Assembly: GCA_963741945.1 (NCBI GenBank)
Contig: CAVUKA010000001.1
Coordinates: forward strand, 960,001-1,024,000
From: an uncultured Gemmatimonadales bacterium
GTDB lineage: Bacteria > Gemmatimonadota > Gemmatimonadetes > Longimicrobiales > RSA9
Reading direction: 5' to 3'
DNA length: 64,000 nucleotides
The position numbers were made by a program, and so were the translations under genes. The notes below the pieces were generated by a model. The model was not told the origin of the DNA. It made no database searches and saw nothing but the letters and a program-made list of their open reading frames with translations. This document shows positions 23,777 to 34,798 of the stretch, piece after piece; the first letter of the stretch is position 1; each line of letters begins with the position of its first letter.

Positions 23777-24555
23777 GTTGCTTCCCTTGTCACCGCGTAC
23801 ATGAGGATTCCCGCCGCGACCGCCACGTTCAACGATTCCGTCCCCGCCTCCATCGGCACCGCCACCAGCCGCGCGCACCGCTGCCGCACGGCGGTCCCGA
23901 GGCCGGCGCCCTCGTTTCCTACTGCCAGGGCCAGCCGCCCGGGCCGCGACACCGCTCCGGTGACCCACTCTCCCGCTGCGTCGGCGCCCCAGGCCGCGAA
24001 GCCGTGGCGGTCCAGCCAGTCCCACGCGGTGCCCTCATCGGAGAGCACCACCGGGACACGGAACAGCGCGCCCGCCGCGGCGCGCACGGCCTTTCCGTTC
24101 CACGGGTCCGCGGTCCCGGGGAGGCAGATCAGCGCCATGCAACCGAATGCCGCCGCGCTGCGCGCCAGGGTACCCACGTTGCCGGGGTCCTGCACGCCAT
24201 CGAGCACCACGACGAATCCCGGACCACGGGGCTCGATGGCTTCCAGCGAGGGCGCGGGGATGGAGGCAACCGCCAGCACGCCCTGGGGCGCCTCCGTCGC
24301 CGAGAGCTGGCGCAGCTCGGATTCCCGGACCTCCCGCACCGCCTCCGGTGCGACGTCGGCGAGGCGGGACCGGAGAGCGCGCCCGCGCTCCGTTTCGCCG
24401 AGCGCGGGAGAAACCACCACGAGCCGGGCCGGCAGCCGGGCCGCGAGCAGCTCGTCCACCACGCGCACACCTTCGGCCAGGAACAGCCCCTCGGACTCGC
24501 GGGCCTTCCGCCGCTTCAGTGAGCGCACCAGGCGATCTTCGCTTTTGCTCAGCAT
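23773..24555 (-). CDS. TrmH/SpoU-family RNA methyltransferase
   Basis: QDPGNVGTLARSA, GNEGAG, ESLNVAVA. Confidence 0.92.
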   Translation of the reverse strand: MLSKSEDRLVRSLKRRKARESEGLFLAEGVRVVDELLAARLPARLVVVSPALGETERGRALRSRLADVAPEAVREVRESELRQLSATEAPQGVLAVASIPAPSLEAIEPRGPGFVVVLDGVQDPGNVGTLARSAAAFGCMALICLPGTADPWNGKAVRAAAGALFRVPVVLSDEGTAWDWLDRHGFAAWGADAAGEWVTGAVSRPGRLALAVGNEGAGLGTAVRQRCARLVAVPMEAGTESLNVAVAAGILMYAVTREAT

Positions 24556-24564
24556 CTGCTCGTA

Positions 24565-24580
24565 TGGTATATGCCTTGCA
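24565..24580 (+). promoter_or_regulatory. Putative sigma54 promoter
   Basis: TGGTATATGCCTTGCA (GG-N10-GC) 46 bp before the M48 start. Confidence 0.65.
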
Positions 24581-24626
24581 CCCCGCTTCACTTCCGAACC
24601 AGGAAGTCCCGAGGAGGATCACCGCC

Positions 24627-25460
24627 ATGACCGCTTTTTCGAGCGTGCGCCGATTCCTGCCACTCGGCCTCACGGCCAGTGCGCTGGCGCTGTCCGCCTG
24701 CGGAGTCTCGACGCAGCAGGAAATCCAGATGGGCCAGCAGTACGCGGCCCAGATCAACCGGCAGCTGCCCATTGTGGACGACCCGCAGATCCACCGGTAC
24801 CTGAACCAGCTGGGCTACCGCATCCAGCACCAGCCGGGGAACCGGGACATACAGTACACGTTCTATCTCGTCAACACGGATGAGCTGAACGCGTTCGCCA
24901 TCCCGGGCGGGTACGTCTACATCAACCGCGGGGTAGTCGAGAAGTCGAGCAACCTGTCCGAGCTGGCGGGCGTGGTCGCCCACGAGATCGGCCACGTGGA
25001 AGAGCGCCACAGCGTGAAGCTCATGGAGCAGGCGCAGGCCACGCAGGTGGGCGCCACCGTGGCGAGCGTGCTGCTGGGGGTGGAGCCGAACAGCGTGGCG
25101 GGGGCGGCCATCAACGTGGGCGCCCAGGCGTACCTGGCGCACCACAGCCGGGAGGACGAGAACCAGGCGGACTCCGTGGCCGTGGTGCTCCTCCCCCGGG
25201 CGGGCATCGACCCGGGCGGGCTGGTCACGCTCTTTCAGAAGCTGCTGGCCCAGCGGGAGAGCCAGCCCTCGACACTGGAGCAGTGGTTCTCCACCCACCC
25301 GCTCACGGAGGACCGGATCAACCACGTCCGTGAGCTGATCCAGAAGCTGCCGCCCGCCGAGACGGTCAACCTCCAGGTGACGTCGCCCGAGTTCGCCGCG
25401 TTCAAGGCCCGCGTCCATCAGCTTCCGCCACCGCCACCATCGGCGACGAAGGGCGGATAG
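24627..25460 (+). CDS. M48-family zinc metalloprotease lipoprotein
   Basis: Lipobox LSAC; NAFAIPGG, HEIGH, SRE.E..AD, STHP. Confidence 0.92.
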   Translation: MTAFSSVRRFLPLGLTASALALSACGVSTQQEIQMGQQYAAQINRQLPIVDDPQIHRYLNQLGYRIQHQPGNRDIQYTFYLVNTDELNAFAIPGGYVYINRGVVEKSSNLSELAGVVAHEIGHVEERHSVKLMEQAQATQVGATVASVLLGVEPNSVAGAAINVGAQAYLAHHSREDENQADSVAVVLLPRAGIDPGGLVTLFQKLLAQRESQPSTLEQWFSTHPLTEDRINHVRELIQKLPPAETVNLQVTSPEFAAFKARVHQLPPPPPSATKGG

Positions 25461-25481
25461 GCCACTCCGTCCGGCCGCTCC

Positions 25482-25524
25482 GCGGGGCCCCGCACCTTCC
25501 GGCGCGGGGCCCCGCCCCTCTTTC
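25482..25524 (+). terminator. Terminator hairpin
   Basis: Two copies of self-complementary gcggggccccgc followed by ctcttt. Confidence 0.55.
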
Positions 25525-25610
25525 GACACCCCGCGTCCCGCACCTACGTTGAGCGCGCTCGCGCGCCCTCCGCGGCGCTCCCGTTCCCCGACCGCTCGAC
25601 GCGACGGACG

Positions 25611-26411
25611 ATGTCTCCTCTCGCAGTGGCACTCACCATCGCCGGCAGCGACAGCGGCGGCGGCGCCGGCATCCAGGCGGACCTGAAGACTTTCCACGCG
25701 TTCGGCGTTTTCGGCACCAGCGCGGTGACGGCCATCACCGTGCAGGACACACTCGGGGTCCACGGCGTTCATGCCGTTCCCGACGAGATGGTGCGGCGGC
25801 AGATCGAAGTGGTGGTGCGCGACCTCCGCCCATCCGCGTGCAAGACCGGAATGCTGGCCACGGCGGGCGTGGTCGAGACCGTGGCGCGGGCGATCGAGCA
25901 GCTCGCGCTGCCGGCCTACGTTCTCGATCCGGTGATGGTGGCGACCAGCGGCGATCGACTCCTCGACCGTGATGCGGAAGGCGCCGTGCTGGACCGGCTC
26001 GTCCCCCTCGCCACCTTGGTCACGCCCAATCTGGACGAGGCCGCGCTGCTCGCGGGGCGCGCTGTGGAGAGCGAAGCCGAGATGCGCGCCGTCGGCGAGA
26101 TGCTGGTCGAGCGTGGCGCCGGCGCAGTTCTGGTGAAAGGCGGCCACCTGAGCGGCAGCGAAGTAGTGGACATCCTGGTCGATGCAGAGGGGCATCACAG
26201 CTGGCGGCGCCCGAAGCTCGCCACACGGAGCACGCACGGGACCGGCTGCACGCTCTCCGCAGCGATCGCCGCGGGGCTCGCGCTGGGCCGCCCTCTCCGC
26301 GAGGCGGTGGAGAGCGCGCTGGATTACGTGCACAGGGCCATCGCCGAAGCGCCGGGCCTCGGCGCCGGCAACGGTCCCCTCAACCACTTCGTTCCCGTCC
26401 GCGGGCGCTGA
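25611..26411 (+). CDS. thiD: HMP/HMP-P kinase
   Basis: [35 protein letters not shown]. Confidence 0.95.
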   Translation: MSPLAVALTIAGSDSGGGAGIQADLKTFHAFGVFGTSAVTAITVQDTLGVHGVHAVPDEMVRRQIEVVVRDLRPSACKTGMLATAGVVETVARAIEQLALPAYVLDPVMVATSGDRLLDRDAEGAVLDRLVPLATLVTPNLDEAALLAGRAVESEAEMRAVGEMLVERGAGAVLVKGGHLSGSEVVDILVDAEGHHSWRRPKLATRSTHGTGCTLSAAIAAGLALGRPLREAVESALDYVHRAIAEAPGLGAGNGPLNHFVPVRGR

Positions 26412-26444
26412 AGCCGCAACCACCGGGCGCCGCGCGGCGGTGGC

Positions 26445-28109
26445 TCACCGCCCCGGCCCGCTGCTGGTCCCCACGTACCAGTCGGTCACGTGCACGAGGG
26501 CGCCGCGGATGTCCATGTCGAGAGCATGGACCCGCTCTCTCGCCAGGAACGCGTCCGTCTGATAGAAGAGCAGTGTCCACGGCTGGTCCTGGAGCAGGAT
26601 GCCCTGCACCCGGTGCCACATCGGAATGGCCCGTCCCCGGTCCGGCTCTGCGCTCGCGGCATCCATCAGCGCGTCCAGCCGTGGATTGCGGTACGACGCG
26701 AACTGGTAGGGTCCGGTCACGGCCTCCGAATGGAAAACGTCGTGCAGGTCGAGGCGGAAGTCGCCTACCCACCCGAGCAGAGCCGCATCGAAGTTCCGCT
26801 TCGGGGACGTCAGGTCCGCGAACAGCGTGGTGCCCTCCGTCGGCCGCGTGCTCATGCGCACGCCCACCCCCGCTAGGTCGTGGCGCACCGCTTCGGCGAT
26901 GTCACGGTAATAGTCGCTGCCCGCGGGCAGCTCGAGCTCGATGGTGAACGCGTCACCATCCGGCCGGTCGAGCATGCCGTCGCCATCCCGATCCTCGATG
27001 CCGGCGGCGGCCAGCAGGGCGCGGGCGGAGTCTGGCGCGTACGGCAGGGGTAGCAGGGAGTCGTCGTACGCCCAATGGGAAGGCAGGACCGGCGCCACGG
27101 CCACCTCGCCGAAGCCCTGCCGGAACCGCTGCAGGATGGCCTCCCGGTCCACGGCCATCGCCAGGGCGCGCCGGACCCGCGCGTCGTCCAGCGGGGGACG
27201 GAGCTCATTCCACACGATGAACGCGAACTGTCGGGACGGCTTCACCACAGCCCTGAGCTCCGGACGCTCGGCGAGCTCGGTCACCTGCTCCGGCCGGGGC
27301 TGCAGGATGAGGTCGACCTCCCCCACCCGGAGCTCCGTCAGCTGGGCGGAGTTCTCCGGGATCACGCGCCAGACCACCCGATCGAGCCGGGGACGTCCCC
27401 CGAGCGCCTCGGGAAAGTCGTCGTTGGCCTCGAAGACCCAGCGGTCGTTCATCCGGCGCGACACGAATCGGAACGGCCCGTTGCCCACCGGGCGACGATT
27501 GAATTCCGCCTGTCTCAGCCGCTCCGGCGGGATCGTATCCAGCAGGTGCTTCGGGACGATCGGTGTGAACGGCAGGCCCGCGAGCGGGTCGGGGCGCGGC
27601 TCGAGATGGAACCGGACCGTGAACGAATCCATCACCTCGCCGGCCGACCACCCCTTGAAATAGTCGCTGTTCGAGAACCCGGTGGCGGGGTCCGTGGCCC
27701 GCTGAAACGTGAAGAGCACGTCCTCCGCTGTGGTCGGCGCGCCGTCGTGCCAGCGGACGTCGTGCCGCAGGTGGAAGACCACGGCCGTGTCGCCCACCAG
27801 CTCCCAGGACTGCGCGAGGTACGGCGTGTACTCGAGCTCGGGGCCGAGCTGGAGGAGAGGCATGAAGAGGACGTAGCGGTGCACCTCGTTGGTCCACGCA
27901 TCGACGGACAGCAGCGGATTGCCCGCGTCCAGGTCGTTCCCCGCGCCGATCACGACGGTCCCGCCCCCCCGGGACGCATCGTCCCGGGCACACGCGGCGA
28001 GGGCGGGAAGGGCGAGGAGACACGCGGCTACCTGTGCGGCTGCCCGTGACAGAATGCGCGCGCGCGCACGGAAGCTCTTGGATGTGATTCCGCGAGGTTC
28101 GGAGGCCAT
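26445..28109 (-). CDS. ABC transporter substrate-binding lipoprotein, family 5 (start uncertain)
   Basis: Lipobox LAAC; WHDG.P.TAEDV.FT, PVG.GPF, VRRAL..AVDR. Confidence 0.9.
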   Translation of the reverse strand: MASEPRGITSKSFRARARILSRAAAQVAACLLALPALAACARDDASRGGGTVVIGAGNDLDAGNPLLSVDAWTNEVHRYVLFMPLLQLGPELEYTPYLAQSWELVGDTAVVFHLRHDVRWHDGAPTTAEDVLFTFQRATDPATGFSNSDYFKGWSAGEVMDSFTVRFHLEPRPDPLAGLPFTPIVPKHLLDTIPPERLRQAEFNRRPVGNGPFRFVSRRMNDRWVFEANDDFPEALGGRPRLDRVVWRVIPENSAQLTELRVGEVDLILQPRPEQVTELAERPELRAVVKPSRQFAFIVWNELRPPLDDARVRRALAMAVDREAILQRFRQGFGEVAVAPVLPSHWAYDDSLLPLPYAPDSARALLAAAGIEDRDGDGMLDRPDGDAFTIELELPAGSDYYRDIAEAVRHDLAGVGVRMSTRPTEGTTLFADLTSPKRNFDAALLGWVGDFRLDLHDVFHSEAVTGPYQFASYRNPRLDALMDAASAEPDRGRAIPMWHRVQGILLQDQPWTLLFYQTDAFLARERVHALDMDIRGALVHVTDWYVGTSSGPGR

Positions 28110-28203
28110 GGCCCGACCCATCGGCTCTGGAGAAGATTGTATCCGGGGAACGCCCAAATGTCGGCCCCGGGGAGTGGCTCCGCAAGCCGCCGACGGGACG
28201 TTT

Positions 28204-29016
28204 TCAGATCCTGCGGATGATTCCCCGCACGAGCCGCTGGAACCGCTCCGCCGCTGCCTTCCCGGCGGCGATGACCTCCTCGTGGTCGAGGGGAATCCCG
28301 GAGATCCCTGCCGCCGGATTGGTGATGAGCGCGAGTCCGAGGACGCGCAGGCCGCCAGCGCGCGCCGTGATCACTTCGGGAACGGTGCTCATCCCCACAG
28401 CGTCGGCGCCCAGGCGTTCGAGCATGCGGATCTCCGCGGGCGTCTCGTAGCTGGGGCCCAGCACGGCGGCGTACACACCGCGGCTCAGCGCGATGTCCGA
28501 TTCCCGCGCCACGTCCAGCGCCAGCTCCTGGAGCGCCGGGTCGTACGCGGCGGTCAGGTCGGGGAATCGGGCTTCCCCGTCCTGGACCGGCCCCACGAGC
28601 GGGTTCCGGCCCATGAGGTTGAGGTGGTCGTGGAGGAGCATCAGCGTGCCGGGGCCGAACAGCCGATTGACGCCTCCGGCCGCGCAGGTGACCAGCAGCG
28701 TGTGCGCGCCCAGCGCAGCCGCGGTGCGAACCGGGAGGGCGAGCTGCTCCGGCGGGTGACCCTCGTAGGCGTGGTACCGCCCCTGGAATGCGAGGACCTC
28801 CTTCCCTTCCAGGCGCCCGGCCACGAGCCTGCCCCGATGACCGACCACCGTCGAGCGGGCGAAGCCGGGGATGTCGCCGTAGTCCACCGCCGTGGCCGCG
28901 TCCAGGGCGTCCGCGAGGTCGCCGAGCCCGCTCCCCAGGATCAGGGCGACGCGGGGCTTCCGCCCGACCTCCGCCTCCAGGAACTCCGCCGCCCGCCGGA
29001 CCGCTTCCGTGCTCAT
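28204..29016 (-). CDS. punA: Purine-nucleoside phosphorylase (trimeric type)
   Basis: ILGSGLG, GH.G, GR.H.YEG, GPSYETPAE, VGMSTVPE. Confidence 0.93.
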   Translation of the reverse strand: MSTEAVRRAAEFLEAEVGRKPRVALILGSGLGDLADALDAATAVDYGDIPGFARSTVVGHRGRLVAGRLEGKEVLAFQGRYHAYEGHPPEQLALPVRTAAALGAHTLLVTCAAGGVNRLFGPGTLMLLHDHLNLMGRNPLVGPVQDGEARFPDLTAAYDPALQELALDVARESDIALSRGVYAAVLGPSYETPAEIRMLERLGADAVGMSTVPEVITARAGGLRVLGLALITNPAAGISGIPLDHEEVIAAGKAAAERFQRLVRGIIRRI

Positions 29017-29026
29017 GGTCCTGCTC

Positions 29027-30643
29027 CTAGACCAGGATTCCCGCGATGGTCGCGGTGAGGAACGCCGCCAGGGAGCCCGCGATCATCGCCCGCAGCCCGA
29101 TGCGTGACAGGTCGCTCCGCCGCGACGGGGCGATCCCGCCGATCCCGCCGATCTGGATGGCGATCGAGCTGAAGTTGGCGAACCCTGCCAGGGCATAGGT
29201 GGCGATCACCACCGACCGCGGCGACAGCCCGCCACCACTGGAGAGGATGTCGGAGAGGCGGAGGTACGCGATGAACTCGTTGGCCACCGTCTTGATCCCG
29301 AGGAGCGAGCCCACGGTGGGGGCGTCGTGCCAGGGAACGCCCATGAGCCAGGCCAGCGGTGCCAGGATCCAGCCGAGCAGCACTTCCAGCGTCAGGTTCT
29401 GTCCCTGGGCCAGGGCACCCCAGGAATGGAGCAGCCCTTCCAGCCCGATCCACCCGGCCGCCCAGCCGAGGAGCGCGTTCAGCATGGCGATGAGCGCAAT
29501 GAACGCCAGCAGCATGGCCCCCACGTTGAGCGCCAGCCTCAGCCCATCGCCCGCGCCGCGGGCCGCCGCATCGATCACGTTCGAGTCGAGCGATTCGACC
29601 TCCACGCGCAGCGTCGACGCCGTCACGGGCTCCTCCCGCTCCGGCAACATGAGCTTCGCCATGACCAGCGCCGCCGGCGCCGACATCACCGACGCCGCCA
29701 TGAGGTGACCGGCGATGTCCGGGAAATAGTTCACCAGCATCCCGACGTACGCCGCCATGACGCCGCCCGCCACCGTGGCGAATCCGGCCGTCATCACCGC
29801 CATCAGCTCCGAGAGGGTCATCTGCTCGATGAACGGCTTGATCAGGAGCGGCGCCTCCGTCTGGCCCACGAAGATGTTGCCGGCGGCCGAAAGCGTTTCG
29901 GCGCCCGACGTCCGCATGGTCCGCGTCATCACCCACGCCATCCCCCGCACCACGGCCTGCATCACGCCAATGTGATACAGCACCGTCATGAGCGAGGAGA
30001 AGAAGATGATGGTGGGAAGCACACTGAACGCGAACGACGCCCCCGTCTGCGCCACCAGCCCCACCGTGCCCGCGCCTCCGCCCGTCACCGGCACCGTGTT
30101 CTGGACCAGGTTCCCGAACAGGAAGCTGGCCCCATCGTTGGTGAAGGAAAGCAGCGCGAGCACGACGTCGTTGAGGGTGCCGAAGATGGCGGCGCCCACG
30201 GGCGTCTTCAGGATGAACAGCGCAAAGAGGATCTGGAGCGCCAACCCCCAGAGCACCACGCGCCACTGGATGATACGCCGATCCACGCTCAGCGCCCAGG
30301 CCAGCAGCAGCAGGGCCAGCATTCCCACCACCGAGACCAGTCGCTCGTGCAGGGGCACGTGGACCTGCTCGCGCGTCCCCGACAGCGAGATTCCCGACGG
30401 CCCCTGCGCCGGTTCAGTCCCCACTGCGGCTGCCGCGGTGTCGGCGGCCGGCAGCTCGCTCTCCGCCACTCCGCCCACACCCGTGGCCCGCGCGCTGTCG
30501 CCCGCCTCCTGGATCACGCCGCCGGGCACCGGCGCCTGGACCGGCGCGCCCACCAGTCGGCTCGCCACGCCCGCCATCACGAGCATGGCCGCCATGGCCC
30601 AGAGAATCAGGAGCGCTCGGGGAGCCGGAGCCTTCCTCGGCAT
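29027..30643 (-). CDS. nupC: Concentrative nucleoside transporter (NupC/CNT)
   Basis: [23 protein letters not shown]...NEF.AY, GFANFSS. Confidence 0.92.
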   Translation of the reverse strand: MPRKAPAPRALLILWAMAAMLVMAGVASRLVGAPVQAPVPGGVIQEAGDSARATGVGGVAESELPAADTAAAAVGTEPAQGPSGISLSGTREQVHVPLHERLVSVVGMLALLLLAWALSVDRRIIQWRVVLWGLALQILFALFILKTPVGAAIFGTLNDVVLALLSFTNDGASFLFGNLVQNTVPVTGGGAGTVGLVAQTGASFAFSVLPTIIFFSSLMTVLYHIGVMQAVVRGMAWVMTRTMRTSGAETLSAAGNIFVGQTEAPLLIKPFIEQMTLSELMAVMTAGFATVAGGVMAAYVGMLVNYFPDIAGHLMAASVMSAPAALVMAKLMLPEREEPVTASTLRVEVESLDSNVIDAAARGAGDGLRLALNVGAMLLAFIALIAMLNALLGWAAGWIGLEGLLHSWGALAQGQNLTLEVLLGWILAPLAWLMGVPWHDAPTVGSLLGIKTVANEFIAYLRLSDILSSGGGLSPRSVVIATYALAGFANFSSIAIQIGGIGGIAPSRRSDLSRIGLRAMIAGSLAAFLTATIAGILV

Positions 30644-30828
30644 CTTCTTCGTTGTCGGAATGAGCGTAAAGGGCTGCCGCCCCGGGTGCGGGAGAATAGC
30701 CGGACCTCTCCCGCGAGGTCAACGCGGGGCTGCCCGCGATCCCGCAGGTCGGGTCTTCCGGATCCCTGCCACCCTGACAGCGGCAGCTCTCCGGCCCGCC
30801 GATCTGGCGCGAAAAACCGCTGGTTTCC

Positions 30829-30844
30829 CGGCATAGCCGTTGCA
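30829..30844 (+). promoter_or_regulatory. Putative sigma54 promoter of dnaK
   Basis: CGGCATAGCCGTTGCA, a close match to YGGCAY-N5-TTGCW. Confidence 0.7.
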
Positions 30845-30937
30845 CCCGAGCATGGCTGGCTACGGGTGCGGACGGCCGGGTTCCTGGGGCGTCCGCGTCT
30901 CGGATGGGCTGACCGATACAGACACAACGGAGAAGAA

Positions 30938-32869
30938 ATGGCGAACAAGGTGATCGGGATCGACCTGGGGACGACCAACTCGGTCGTGGCAGTGATGGAG
31001 GGAGGCGACCCGGTCGTGATCCCGAACGCGGAAGGCGGGCGGACCACGCCGTCCGTGGTCGCGCACACCAAGGACGGGGAGCGGCTGGTGGGGCAGGTGG
31101 CGCGTCGCCAGGCCATCACGAACCCGAAGAACACGGTGGCCTCGATCAAGCGGTTCATGGGGCGCCGGTGCAGTGAAGTGACGAGCGAGCGGGAGAAGGT
31201 CCCGTACGAAATCCGGTGCGATTCCCAGGACCGGGTGGAAGTGCACGTCCCGAACGCCGGCAAGACGTTCACCCCGCCCGAGATCAGCGCGATGGTCCTC
31301 CAGAAGATGAAGCAGACGGCGGAGGACTATCTGGGCACCGAAGTGACACAGGCCGTGATCACGGTCCCGGCGTACTTCGACGACTCGCAGCGGCAGGCCA
31401 CGAAGGACGCGGGCAAGATCGCCGGCCTGGAAGTGCTGCGGATCATCAACGAGCCCACGGCGGCGGCGCTCGCGTACGGCCTGGACAAGAAGAAGGACGA
31501 GGTGATCGCCGTCTACGACCTGGGCGGTGGCACGTACGACATCTCGATCCTGGAGCTGGGCGAGGGTGTGTTCGAGGTGAAGGCCACGAACGGGGACACG
31601 CACCTTGGCGGTGACGATTTCGACCAGCGCGTGATCGACTGGCTCGTGTCGGAGTTCAAGAAGGACCAGGGCATCGACCTGTCCAAGGATGCCATGGCGC
31701 TGCAGCGCCTGAAGGAAGCGGCGGAGAAGGCGAAGATGGAGCTGTCGACCACGCTGTCGACGGACATCAATCTCCCGTTCATCACCGCCACGCAGGAGGG
31801 GCCGAAGCACCTGAACCTGACGCTGACGCGGGCGAAGTTCGAGCAGCTGGTGGACGACCTCATCGAGGGGACCAAGGAGCCAATGCGGAAAGCGCTGGCG
31901 GACGCCGGGCTGAAGCCCGGCGACGTGGACGAGGTGATCCTCGTCGGCGGCTCCACGCGCATTCCGAAGGTCCAGGAAGTGGTGAAGGAGTTCTTCGGGA
32001 AGGACCCGCACAAGGGCGTGAACCCGGACGAGGTCGTGGCTGTCGGCGCCGCGATCCAGGGCGGCGTGCTGGCCGGAGACGTGAAGGACGTGCTGCTCCT
32101 GGATGTCACGCCGCTGTCGCTGGGGATCGAGACGCTGGGCGGTGTCATGACCACGCTCATCCCGCGCAACACCACGATCCCCACGAAGAAGACGGAGACG
32201 TTCTCGACGGCCGAGGACAACCAGACCACGGTGGAGATCCACGTGCTGCAGGGCGAGCGCCCGATGGCCGGAGACAACAAGACCATCGGCCGCTTCCAGC
32301 TGACCGGCATCCCGCCGGCGCCGCGCGGCATGCCGCAGGTCGAGGTCACGTTCGACATCGACGCGAACGGGATTCTGCACGTGGCCGCGAAGGACAAGGC
32401 CACGGGCAAGGAGCAGAAGATCCGGATCGAGGCGTCGAGCGGCCTGAGCGAGTCGGAGATCGACAAGATGGTCGAGGACGCCGAGTCGCACGCGTCCGAG
32501 GACAAGTCGCGCAAGGAGAAGGTCGAAGCGCGCAATCAGCTGGACAGCCTGGTCTACCAGGTGGAGAAGGACGTGAGCGAGTGGGGCGACAAGGTCCCCT
32601 CGGAGACGAAGCAGCGCATCGACTCGGCGCTGGAGCGCGCGAAGAAGGCGCTCAAGCAGGACGACCTTTCCGAGCTGAACGGGGCCAAGGACGAGCTGAT
32701 GCAGGCGTTCAGCGCCGCCGGACAGCAGATGTACCAGGCGCAGCAGGGGGAGGCGGGCGCCGCCGGAGCAGGCGAAGCCGAGCCCGGCACCGCCGGACCC
32801 GCGTCGGGCGCCGGTGAGGAGGAGGACGTCGTGGAAGCGGATTACGAGATCGTGGACGAGGAGAAGTAG
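30938..32869 (+). CDS. dnaK: Chaperone DnaK
   Basis: [24 protein letters not shown]; real start is internal to the 29327 ORF. Confidence 0.99.
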   Translation: MANKVIGIDLGTTNSVVAVMEGGDPVVIPNAEGGRTTPSVVAHTKDGERLVGQVARRQAITNPKNTVASIKRFMGRRCSEVTSEREKVPYEIRCDSQDRVEVHVPNAGKTFTPPEISAMVLQKMKQTAEDYLGTEVTQAVITVPAYFDDSQRQATKDAGKIAGLEVLRIINEPTAAALAYGLDKKKDEVIAVYDLGGGTYDISILELGEGVFEVKATNGDTHLGGDDFDQRVIDWLVSEFKKDQGIDLSKDAMALQRLKEAAEKAKMELSTTLSTDINLPFITATQEGPKHLNLTLTRAKFEQLVDDLIEGTKEPMRKALADAGLKPGDVDEVILVGGSTRIPKVQEVVKEFFGKDPHKGVNPDEVVAVGAAIQGGVLAGDVKDVLLLDVTPLSLGIETLGGVMTTLIPRNTTIPTKKTETFSTAEDNQTTVEIHVLQGERPMAGDNKTIGRFQLTGIPPAPRGMPQVEVTFDIDANGILHVAAKDKATGKEQKIRIEASSGLSESEIDKMVEDAESHASEDKSRKEKVEARNQLDSLVYQVEKDVSEWGDKVPSETKQRIDSALERAKKALKQDDLSELNGAKDELMQAFSAAGQQMYQAQQGEAGAAGAGEAEPGTAGPASGAGEEEDVVEADYEIVDEEK

Positions 32870-32897
32870 GCGATTCGGGGTCCGCGGCAGGAAGCTT

Positions 32898-32936
32898 GCC
32901 CCGGGTGCGGTTCGGAAGACCGCCCCGGGGCGTTTC
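32898..32936 (+). terminator. Terminator after dnaK
   Basis: gccccggg.gcggt/accgc.cccggggc stem then gttt. Confidence 0.6.
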
Positions 32937-33002
32937 CGTTGGCCCCGTTGATGCGATGCCGCTCCCTGCGGTAGATTCCGTGTGTACCCCCTGAGAGAGC
33001 CC

Positions 33003-34595
33003 ATGCCTCCGACTCGCCCGACCGTCCGACTCCTCACCTTCACCACGCTGGCTTTCCTGTGTGGCGCCGCCTCCAGTGCGCGGGTGCCGGTGGCGCCCAG
33101 CGCGTCGCCCGCGCTGGCGGAGCCGTACCGGCTGGTTGACCTGCCGCAGGAAACGGAGACGCCCGTGCCGCCGGCGTCGAGCCGACCACAGGCGGCTGCG
33201 TCGACGATGGAAGCGGGACAGGCACGGTCGTTCAGTCGAGCGTTCGCGGACGTGGCGGCGGCCGTGACACCGGCCGTTGTGCGGATCCAGGCGGAGCGCT
33301 CGCTGGAGGATGCGCACCCGGGACTGCGCGACCGGCTCCGGGACATGCTGGATCGGCTGCCCGAGGGGCATCCGGACCCGGAGCTCTATCCTGAGATCGC
33401 GGGGGGCACCGGCATTCTGGTGTCACCGGACGGGCTGGTGCTGACGAACAACCACGTGATCGGGGACGCGAACCGGATCACGGTGACGCTGGCGGACAAG
33501 CGCGTGTTCGATGCCACTGTGGTCGGCAGCGACCCCACCACGGACGTGGCGCTGATCCGCATCCACGCCTCGGACCTGCCGGTGGCCCGGCTGGGGGACT
33601 CGGATGCCGTCCGCGTCGGCGAGTGGGTACTTGCCGTAGGGAATCCAGGGTTCCAGCAGGCCAGCACCCTGGACTTCACCGTCACGGGCGGGATCATCAG
33701 CGCGAAGGGGCGTCCGCTCGACATCATCCGCCAGGAGCTGTTCGACCAGAACGCGGCCGCGGCGGCGTACGCCATCGAAGACTTCATCCAGACCGACGCA
33801 GCCATCAACCCGGGAAACAGCGGCGGCCCGCTGGTGGACCTCGATGGTCGGGTGATCGGCATCAACACGGCCATTGCCAGCGTTTCCGGCTACAACGAGG
33901 GCTACGGGTTCGCGGTCCCCATCAACATGGCCAAGCGCGTGATGCACGACCTGCTCGAGCATGGCCGCGTGCGTCGCCCGCTCCTGGGCATCAGCATCCA
34001 GGCCGTCTCCCCGGAGGATGCCGATGTCTACGGCCTCCCTCGCATTGCCGGCGTCCTGGTCGAGGACTTCGCCGACCAGTCTCCGGCCGAGGAGGCGGGA
34101 ATCCGGCGGAACGACGTCATCGTGGCCGTGGACGGCACCACGGTGGAGCGGCTCGGGCAGTTCCAGCGACTGATCGCCGCCCACCAACCCGGGGAGATGG
34201 TGGGAGTGGATGTCATCCGCTACGGCGAGGCGAGGAATTTCTCCGTCCGACTGACGGAAGCGAGCATGGGCGCGCGGGCCGTGGTCCACACGAGCCCACC
34301 ACCGCCCGTGACCGGTCTCGGGATCGAAGTGGTCGACCTCACGGCGGCACTGGCGAGACAGGAGCGGTTCCGGCGCGCCGGCGGTGCGCTGATCTCGTCG
34401 GTGGCCCCGGCCAGCGCCGCCATGCGCAAGGGGATCGAGCCGGGCCTGCTGATCCGGGAGATCAATCGCGAGAGCGTGAGCTCGGCCGACGAAGCGGATC
34501 GCATGCTGCGCGCCCTGCCGTCCGGCTCCATCGCTTCACTCCTGCTGCAAGCCAGCGATGGAGGGACGCTGATTCGCAACGTGCGGGTACCCTGA
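33003..34595 (+). CDS. HtrA/DegP-family serine protease with two PDZ domains
   Basis: Signal peptide; TNNHV, TDVALI, INPGNSGGPL. Confidence 0.94.
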   Translation: MPPTRPTVRLLTFTTLAFLCGAASSARVPVAPSASPALAEPYRLVDLPQETETPVPPASSRPQAAASTMEAGQARSFSRAFADVAAAVTPAVVRIQAERSLEDAHPGLRDRLRDMLDRLPEGHPDPELYPEIAGGTGILVSPDGLVLTNNHVIGDANRITVTLADKRVFDATVVGSDPTTDVALIRIHASDLPVARLGDSDAVRVGEWVLAVGNPGFQQASTLDFTVTGGIISAKGRPLDIIRQELFDQNAAAAAYAIEDFIQTDAAINPGNSGGPLVDLDGRVIGINTAIASVSGYNEGYGFAVPINMAKRVMHDLLEHGRVRRPLLGISIQAVSPEDADVYGLPRIAGVLVEDFADQSPAEEAGIRRNDVIVAVDGTTVERLGQFQRLIAAHQPGEMVGVDVIRYGEARNFSVRLTEASMGARAVVHTSPPPPVTGLGIEVVDLTAALARQERFRRAGGALISSVAPASAAMRKGIEPGLLIREINRESVSSADEADRMLRALPSGSIASLLLQASDGGTLIRNVRVP

Positions 34596-34639
34596 CCGCG
34601 GACGACGCGCGAAAGCGCGTGTTTCCGCGAAAGATTTGG

Positions 34640-34668
34640 TTGATTGCCATTCCCGCCGCGGTTACATT
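34640..34668 (+). promoter_or_regulatory. sigma70 promoter of tRNA-Leu/tig
   Basis: TTGATT-N17-TACATT. Confidence 0.6.
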
Positions 34669-34683
34669 TTCATGCTCGTCGGG

Positions 34684-34765
34684 GCGAAAGTGGCGGAACT
34701 GGTAGACGCGCGAGATTTAGGATCTCGTGGGCTCGCCCGTGGGGGTTCGAGTCCCCCCTTTCGCA
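34684..34765 (+). tRNA. tRNA-Leu(TAG), CCA not encoded
   Basis: Acceptor GCGAAAG/CTTTCGC, anticodon stem cgaga-ttTAGga-tctcg, long variable arm, GGTTCGAGTCC. Confidence 0.96.
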
Positions 34766-34798
34766 TCGGAGCCCTATCACGCACGAAAGAAGCGACAG

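Noticed and set aside
29327-30937. Apparent 1180-aa DnaK fusion
   Set aside because: The extension is antisense to nupC; dnaK has its own RBS and ATG at 30938.
30860-33346. 828-aa ORF antisense to dnaK
   Set aside because: Well-known antisense shadow of hsp70 genes produced by GC-rich codon bias; no independent motifs.
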